11,687 nt of DNA from Candidatus Hermodarchaeota archaeon (lineage in GTDB: Archaea; Asgardarchaeota; Lokiarchaeia; Sigyniarchaeales; SOKP01): positions 1 to 11,687 of the forward strand of contig JBHLLO010000079.1 in NCBI GenBank assembly GCA_048885535.1. Direction: 5' to 3'. Shown here piece by piece: positions 5,794 to 11,687 of the stretch. Under the pieces are notes generated by a model that made no database searches, was not told where the DNA came from, and worked only from the letters and a program-made list of their open reading frames with translations. Position numbers and translations under genes: made by a program. The stretch's first letter is position 1; each line of letters opens with the position of its first letter.

Positions 5794-7755
5794 TTAATTT
5801 GCTATTTTTCTCCTACGCATTAGGATTAATAAAACTCCTACAAATCCTAATCCCCCTGAAACTGAGGTGATTGCGATAATAATAATATTGAGAAGCGATC
5901 CTTCGGTAAAACTTCCATTATCTTTATCCAAAGTATCAGGATCTACCGCCAAGTACATCTCTACGAACTTATCTTCGAATCCTTCAGCTGAAATTTTCAT
6001 TTTTAGTAATATTGGATTTTCACCTGGAGGTACTGTTATTGCTTCTAAAGATACATAATATAAACCATTCCTAAGATTCTTAACGCTATCAGAGACATTA
6101 ACACCATTCCACCACATTTGAACTATTGCATAGTCAATTCCTTGATAATGTTTATCATGAATAGAAAATGTAATATTAAACTCATTAATAGAAAAAGATT
6201 GAGAAATTACATCTACATATAAAAAGTAATCGAGGATACATTTTATAACAATTACCTCATCGAATCCTATATAACCAACCGTATCATTCGTATAGAACCT
6301 GATGGATACTGGACCCTCTCTTATCTTATCCCATTCTGTTTGATTTATTGTTCCAGTAAAGTTATTAATTGTGAAATTAGTTGTTCCTTCATCTAAGGTA
6401 TACCAAATCATGTCTAAATTCGGTTCTTCAATGGAAAGATTGAAGTTCGGAGCAGCACTCCCAAAAGCTTCATTTTGATTTGGAGAGTTGATCTTGATAT
6501 ATGGTGCGGAATTATCAAACTTCACGAGAATCATATCCCTAGACATGGTTACAAAATTAGCTATATCTCCTACAAGATAAATATTACCTAATGAATCGAA
6601 TGCCAATCCATAGGAATGTCCACCATTACCTACGCCCCATGTCTGATTCCACTGTAGCTCACCCTTTCCATCATATTTCACCAGCACCATCTCAGAATAT
6701 CCAGAACCTTCTGAAAATCCTGTGAGATAAATATTTTCTGACGAGTCCACCACGATTCCATAACCTAAATCATAATCTCTTCTATCCCACGTACAATTCC
6801 ATTGTTGAATGCCAGTGCTGTTACATTTCACCAAAACCATATCAACATCTCCCTCTGCGATATTTTCTGTAAAGCCTGCGAGATAAATATTACCTGATGA
6901 ATCCACTTCTACTCCAAGACAATTTTCATAATCACTTCCACCCCATGTACGATTCCACTGTTGAATGCCATTCCCATTGTATTTCACCAGCACAATGTCA
7001 TAATCAACTCCTCCAAAGCTATTTGAACGTCCCACAAGGTAAACATTACCTGAAGAATCCACCGTCACTTCATAACTAATATCATTGATATTTCCTCCCC
7101 ATGTACAATTCCACAGCTGCGATCCGGATCCGTTATATTTCACTAGAACCATATTCAGACCAGGCTTTCCAAAACTACTTGTACCCCCCGCAAGATAGAT
7201 ATTATCTTGCGAATCTACCACCACTCCATAACCATAATCGTTATTATGTCCTCCCCATGTATGATTCCACAGCAGCGAGCCAGATCCGTTATATTTCACC
7301 AGAACCATATCCTGACGTCCCGCTCCAAAACTCTCTGTATATCCAGAAAGATAAATATTATCTGAGGAATCTGCTGCAACTCCCGTGCCATAATCTGATT
7401 TGCCTTCTCCTCCCCATATACGGACCCACTGCTGCTCACCATTTCTATCATATTTCACCAAAACAATATCTTCAGTATATGGCGGATCTCCAATAGGGTC
7501 AAATAGTTCTGTATAACCCACAATATAAATATTGCCTGCTGAATCCAACACAATTCCTGTTCCTGCATCAGACTCTTCTCTACCCCATGTGCGATTCCAT
7601 TCGTATGCAACTGGGTTACCCGCAACCAAAGAGGCTACAACATTCTTATTAGCTTTTCCATCTTGAGTTTTAATGATAATATTAGTTCCTTGTACCATGA
7701 AACTAAGATATAAGATTACAATAAATCCCACAAAACAGATTTTTTTATGGCTCAT
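5794..7755 (-). CDS. Secreted, membrane-anchored SBBP-repeat (7-bladed beta-propeller) surface protein with Ig-like stalk domains
   Basis: N-terminal signal peptide or TM segment (MSHKKICFVGFIVILYLSF). Seven repeats of about 52 aa with consensus W N x T W G G ...D S x G N I Y L x G ...D M V L V K Y. Then beta-rich domains, a C-terminal TM helix and an RRRK tail. Confidence 0.85.
   Translation of the reverse strand: MSHKKICFVGFIVILYLSFMVQGTNIIIKTQDGKANKNVVASLVAGNPVAYEWNRTWGREESDAGTGIVLDSAGNIYIVGYTELFDPIGDPPYTEDIVLVKYDRNGEQQWVRIWGGEGKSDYGTGVAADSSDNIYLSGYTESFGAGRQDMVLVKYNGSGSLLWNHTWGGHNNDYGYGVVVDSQDNIYLAGGTSSFGKPGLNMVLVKYNGSGSQLWNCTWGGNINDISYEVTVDSSGNVYLVGRSNSFGGVDYDIVLVKYNGNGIQQWNRTWGGSDYENCLGVEVDSSGNIYLAGFTENIAEGDVDMVLVKCNSTGIQQWNCTWDRRDYDLGYGIVVDSSENIYLTGFSEGSGYSEMVLVKYDGKGELQWNQTWGVGNGGHSYGLAFDSLGNIYLVGDIANFVTMSRDMILVKFDNSAPYIKINSPNQNEAFGSAAPNFNLSIEEPNLDMIWYTLDEGTTNFTINNFTGTINQTEWDKIREGPVSIRFYTNDTVGYIGFDEVIVIKCILDYFLYVDVISQSFSINEFNITFSIHDKHYQGIDYAIVQMWWNGVNVSDSVKNLRNGLYYVSLEAITVPPGENPILLKMKISAEGFEDKFVEMYLAVDPDTLDKDNGSFTEGSLLNIIIIAITSVSGGLGFVGVLLILMRRRKIAN
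6514..7605 (-). repeat. Seven intragenic repeat units of about 156 bp encoding propeller blades
   Basis: Recurring + strand motifs such as atatttcaccag and ccccatgt...attccac. Segments 7127-7154 and 7283-7310 match at 27 of 28 nt and are exactly 156 bp apart. Confidence 0.8.
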
Positions 7756-8142
7756 TTTTAATTACTTTATTGGGCAATTTTGGATTATAGAATTATTAAC
7801 CTAATTTTCTATATATATCTTTGGTGTATATCCTTTTTAGAGATGTTAGAGCATAAGTATCTTAGAGAGGTACCCTGCCAATCGAATCGAAGTTCTTCAA
7901 ACTTCTTAATTCTTTCGATTTGTGACCCTGCGCATGCATAATCGATAATTGTGTTCATCATCAATAAGAAATATAAATGAATTAATCCTTATTTTTCAAT
8001 TATAGATCAAATAAAAAGATAGATAGGATATGAATGAAAAGTAATAACTTTTTACCTTCACCTCCAGAAAGACCCTTTAAAAAAATAAAAATTGGTGAAC
8101 GATTTTTACTCGATTTGTTCTTTTCTTTTAGGAAAAAATTCT

Positions 8143-9360
8143 TTAAACATCTAAAGATGTATTAATTAATTCCATCAAATCAATCATCTTTATACTCGAA
8201 TTAAGAGCCTTTAAAGCATCTAATAAGTTTCTGAAACAAAAAGGACAAATACTGACAAGATAATCTGCTCCAGTTTCTTCTGTTTCTTTAACTCTGCTTT
8301 TCGCTATTTCTAAAGCAAGATTTGGGAATCCTTTCTTGACACCACCACCAGCACCGCAACATTTTGCATTTTCCTTTATAGTTTTCATTTCAGTTAGGTT
8401 CGCTATATTATTTAATAGCTCTCGAGGTGCCTCATAAAGCGGTACATCACCAGCATTTCTTCCAGTATGGCACGGATCATGATATGTGACATTAATCCCT
8501 AAATTACTTAAATTAATATTATTCTTTTCTATAAAATCTTTGACAAATTCCACGGTATGCATTACTTTAATATTAAGATCCTCAAGAAAATTCGCATAAT
8601 CAACTTTTAACGTTCTAAAACAACCTGCACAGCTTGTAATGATTGTTTTAATCCCACTCTTTTTAAATAATTCATAATTTTTTATTGCTACAGTATTAAA
8701 GGCATCTCTATTTCCTGTCCTTAATGCTACACTTCCGCAACATATTTCATGCCCCCCATATACAGAGAAATCAATATTTAGTTTTTTTAAAATTTTCGCA
8801 GTATTTATAGCTACCGTTTGAACTTCCGGAGTTAAAGCAGCGGTACATCCAACAAAATACAACACATCTGCCTGTTCGGTATATGCATTCTTGATTTTGA
8901 CGTCTAATTTACTCATCCAGTCCATTTTTTGTTTATTATCACGTTCATAGGGATTTAATAACTCAACCATAGACTTATTCATTGGAATATGCGCTTCTAA
9001 TCCGCAACCAGCATTTATTAATTCTGCACGCAGAGCTTCATACATAAGGGCATTTTCCATATCATAAGCACATGTTTCTGCACAAGCATTGCAAGTGGGA
9101 CATTGATAAATGATTTCTGCCATATCTTTACTTAATTCTAACTTTCCTTGCCAAAGCGATCTTATAATTTGCATTTTTCCTCTTCCAAAGAAAGGTTCAA
9201 ATCCAGTTGTGTGATCTTTTGCTACACATACCCCCCATTTTTGAGGATCTGCTGTATAATCAGTTGCTTCTCTACAATCACCACAACTTATGCATTGAAG
9301 GAGAAGGTCCCCAAATTTACTTAAATATGGAAATTTTAGTCTCGGATTAAACTCTGTTAT
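8143..9360 (-). CDS. GlcF/HdrD-like (Fe-S)-binding oxidoreductase subunit with 2x[4Fe-4S] and two CCG domains, about 405 aa; start probably ATA
   Basis: The track ORF has CPTCNACAETC, YFVGC, ICCG, TSCAGC, TYHDPCH, KCCGAGGG and CPFC. The frame stays open upstream to 9366 and adds the first ferredoxin motif CISCGDC...C and FGRGK. ATA at 9360-9358 follows an SD-like GAGGCTGA. Confidence 0.88.
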   Translation of the reverse strand: MTEFNPRLKFPYLSKFGDLLLQCISCGDCREATDYTADPQKWGVCVAKDHTTGFEPFFGRGKMQIIRSLWQGKLELSKDMAEIIYQCPTCNACAETCAYDMENALMYEALRAELINAGCGLEAHIPMNKSMVELLNPYERDNKQKMDWMSKLDVKIKNAYTEQADVLYFVGCTAALTPEVQTVAINTAKILKKLNIDFSVYGGHEICCGSVALRTGNRDAFNTVAIKNYELFKKSGIKTIITSCAGCFRTLKVDYANFLEDLNIKVMHTVEFVKDFIEKNNINLSNLGINVTYHDPCHTGRNAGDVPLYEAPRELLNNIANLTEMKTIKENAKCCGAGGGVKKGFPNLALEIAKSRVKETEETGADYLVSICPFCFRNLLDALKALNSSIKMIDLMELINTSLDV

Positions 9361-9373
9361 GTTATTTCAGCCT

Positions 9374-10900
9374 CTATTTGCTTTTTATAATATACTTACT
9401 TATATCATCATCATAACTATACATGTGGAACTTATTAGGGCTTAATAAATAATTAGGGTCTACAGCCTTTTTCATATTTTTAAAAAATTCTATGAATGTG
9501 GAAGTATATGCATCAGCTTCTACTAATGATTGGGAAATAGCCTCTCCAAGCCAATAATGAACTCCACCATATTGAACTTGATTTATAAGTTTTTTATGCC
9601 ACATCTTCATAGAAATTTCGCGTTGTTCATCAACATTATCAGCATTAAATCCCCCTACTATTACGCAATGCCCATTAGGCATAAGAAATATCACAGTAGC
9701 GAATAGGGAGATACTCTGTGATGGAAAATCACCTCGATTTTGATTATCAAATTCATTACTCAAATTTGCGGCTTCAGGAATTTTTGAGATAGGAATCTTA
9801 TGACAAGTGGTACAAGATATCTTAGGGGGAACAACCGAAATATATTTATTGAAATAATTATATGCATATTTCAAATTGAACTTCCAATCTTTTGATAGAG
9901 GGGCATCTAAATCCATTTCTTGGTATTCAAATGGTCTCGTATCATTCTCCATTATTTCGGATATTTTTTTCAGATAGATCTCTAAGATCTGCTCATCCAT
10001 TGCCTCCACCAGAATTGAAAAGACAGGTCCTTTTAATCTCGGTCTTTTAGTGGGTTTATTCTCAACCATGGTTGACAAGATTTGTAATAAAGCAAGAGGG
10101 ATAACTAATACATCATGTAATCCATCACGAACTTCTTTCCTTAGTTTATATAGTAACTCTACAACCTTATTGTAGTCATTCTTATTTAGCATATAATATC
10201 TCTGTGCTTTAAAAGGAGTCTCAGGATATAAACGTAAGAATGCTTTTGTTTTAATCCCCATTGTTCCAACATCACCCATAAATAGACCTGTAAAATCAGG
10301 AGCAACTCCATATCTACAAAAAGGTTCCGCATACTTATTTGCAGCAGCCCCTGTTCTAATAATTGTGCCTTGAGGATTTGGTAATACAGCCTCTACACCT
10401 AAACAAATATCTGGAACAACACCATATTTTGTAGAACCAAAACCAGCAGTACTATTAGAAAGTCCACCTCCTACGGTTGCGGAGAAACCACTTCCTGGAC
10501 CAAGTACACCTGTAGTCAACCCTTTTTTATGTAATTGTGAAATCAAACTACCCCATGTAATTCCACATTCAACTTCACAATAAAAATCATCTTCATTAAT
10601 TTCTATGATATTATTCATCCGGGTAATATCTATGAGGATTCCGCCTTGAGAGACAGATCCACCCACAAGATCTGCACCACCTCCTCTTGGAACCATATGA
10701 ATTTTATATTTGTTCGCAATTTTTACAATTTCCGAAATCTCTTCTGAAGTCTTTGGTCTGACTATCATGTCTGCCCATCTATCAGGGAACGCGGGATCTA
10801 CATTACGCGAGTAAGCTGCTTTCATGAAATCTTTATCAGTAATGAATTTAGATCCTACGATCGTTTCTATTTCCTTATATACTTCTGTTAAAGAACCCAA
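9374..10900 (-). CDS. FAD-binding oxidoreductase, GlcD/D-lactate dehydrogenase (VAO/PCMH) superfamily
   Basis: VRPKTSEEISEIVKIAN, VPRGGGADLVGG, ATVGGGLS, STKYG, GLFMGDVGTMGI and the C-terminal MKKAVDPNYLLSPNK. TTG start. It ends 13 nt before the proposed start of the Fe-S subunit gene. Confidence 0.9.
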   Translation of the reverse strand: MGSLTEVYKEIETIVGSKFITDKDFMKAAYSRNVDPAFPDRWADMIVRPKTSEEISEIVKIANKYKIHMVPRGGGADLVGGSVSQGGILIDITRMNNIIEINEDDFYCEVECGITWGSLISQLHKKGLTTGVLGPGSGFSATVGGGLSNSTAGFGSTKYGVVPDICLGVEAVLPNPQGTIIRTGAAANKYAEPFCRYGVAPDFTGLFMGDVGTMGIKTKAFLRLYPETPFKAQRYYMLNKNDYNKVVELLYKLRKEVRDGLHDVLVIPLALLQILSTMVENKPTKRPRLKGPVFSILVEAMDEQILEIYLKKISEIMENDTRPFEYQEMDLDAPLSKDWKFNLKYAYNYFNKYISVVPPKISCTTCHKIPISKIPEAANLSNEFDNQNRGDFPSQSISLFATVIFLMPNGHCVIVGGFNADNVDEQREISMKMWHKKLINQVQYGGVHYWLGEAISQSLVEADAYTSTFIEFFKNMKKAVDPNYLLSPNKFHMYSYDDDISKYIIKSK

Positions 10901-11040
10901 AATAATCCACTTTTATTTAGTTAATAATTATAAAATAGATGCTTTAGATTAATAAAAGTTTATTACTAGTTTTAGTTAACTTTATTAGAAAATAAGTAGC
11001 ATATTTTATTAGTTAAATATTATATCAGAAGTGTGAGAGT

Positions 11041-11687
11041 ATGGGTTTTGTAAAAACTCCAAAAGAATTAGAAGATTTAAAAAGAAAATCATTTGACTTT
11101 TATGATGCAGAGTTTATGGCTGTATTTTGGGAAACAAAACCAGAAATCGTTAAGCGATTACTTCCTCCACCCTTAAAACCAGTTAAATACCCCGTAGCAC
11201 AAGCAATGATTGCCAATTACCCTAAAACTAATTTTGGGGTGATTTATAAAGAGGCTGCCCTCTTTTTATTCGGAGAGTATAATGGTGTAATTGGGGCTTA
11301 TTGTCTGGCAATGCCAGTAGACAATGATATGGCACTGATTGGGGGTCGAGAGTTATTTGGATACCCTAAAAAAATGTCCAATATTCAATTTAAAAAAGAG
11401 GGAAAAACCTTTGAGGGATGGGTTGAACGTCATGGAATTCGTTATTTTGAATTAAAAGCGGAACTTAACAACAAATTAAATGCAAAAGATGCCATGAAAA
11501 TTGTATTAGATTTAGGTTTAAATCCAAGCAAACCAAGAAGTATAACTTATAATTATAAATTTTTTAGATCACCACTTTATGAAGGATTTGATTTCAACCC
11601 GCGTTTAATAAGGGAAGAAATAACAATGCAAGCCTCTGAAATGATATTGGGAGAAGCTGAAGTGAAGTTAAATGTATCTAAATATGA
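11041..11687 (+). CDS. Acetoacetate decarboxylase-family protein (3'-partial)
   Basis: Not in the ORF track because it runs off the window. It reads MGFVKTPKELEDLKRKSFDFYDAEFMAVFWETKPEIVKRLLPPPLKP...YKEAAL...ALIGGRELFGYPKKM, with the GRE.(F/W)GYPKK motif carrying the Schiff-base Lys. Confidence 0.9.
   Translation, partial: MGFVKTPKELEDLKRKSFDFYDAEFMAVFWETKPEIVKRLLPPPLKPVKYPVAQAMIANYPKTNFGVIYKEAALFLFGEYNGVIGAYCLAMPVDNDMALIGGRELFGYPKKMSNIQFKKEGKTFEGWVERHGIRYFELKAELNNKLNAKDAMKIVLDLGLNPSKPRSITYNYKFFRSPLYEGFDFNPRLIREEITMQASEMILGEAEVKLNVSKY

Noticed and set aside
5867-7496. 63-, 60- and 131-aa + strand ORFs, including the repeated MYxSTAA pattern
   Set aside because: Antisense to the SBBP gene; their periodicity reflects the 156-bp blade repeats.
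6514-7605. Repeats as a CRISPR array or a diversity-generating retroelement TR/VR pair
   Set aside because: The units are degenerate, in frame and protein-coding. There is no reverse transcriptase or non-coding template copy in the window.
9367-9387. Selenocysteine readthrough of the in-frame TGA upstream of the Fe-S gene (and TGA 578-580 upstream of tusA)
   Set aside because: Reading through 9369-9367 meets TAA at 9387-9385 with no start codon. Neither TGA aligns with a conserved Cys, and both are part of SD-like motifs.

Overview
AT-rich, gene-dense prokaryotic chromosomal window with no mobile element, CRISPR array or RNA gene that I can support. Composition, GGTGA-type SD motifs, oligo-T terminators and the style of the secreted repeat protein suggest an archaeon, most likely Asgard/Lokiarchaeia (inference). 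In order it holds: (1) a sulfur-relay/ubiquitin-like trio (partial MoaD/SAMP ending in GG, convergent with moeB-tusA); (2) an MFS exporter and three metal transporters (CDF, GDT1/TMEM165, FTR1), with a DtxR-like operator before FTR1; (3) a membrane-anchored 7-repeat SBBP beta-propeller protein rich in N-glycosylation sequons; (4) a GlcD-like FAD oxidoreductase plus GlcF-like Fe-S/CCG protein, divergent from a partial acetoacetate-decarboxylase-family gene. The most notable signal is that two genes (tusA and the Fe-S protein) carry essential cysteine motifs upstream of their first ATG/GTG/TTG and appear to start at ATA behind SD-like motifs. Also unusual are an HxxxH/HxxxD CDF metal site and a GlcD-like enzyme lacking the EHG motif.
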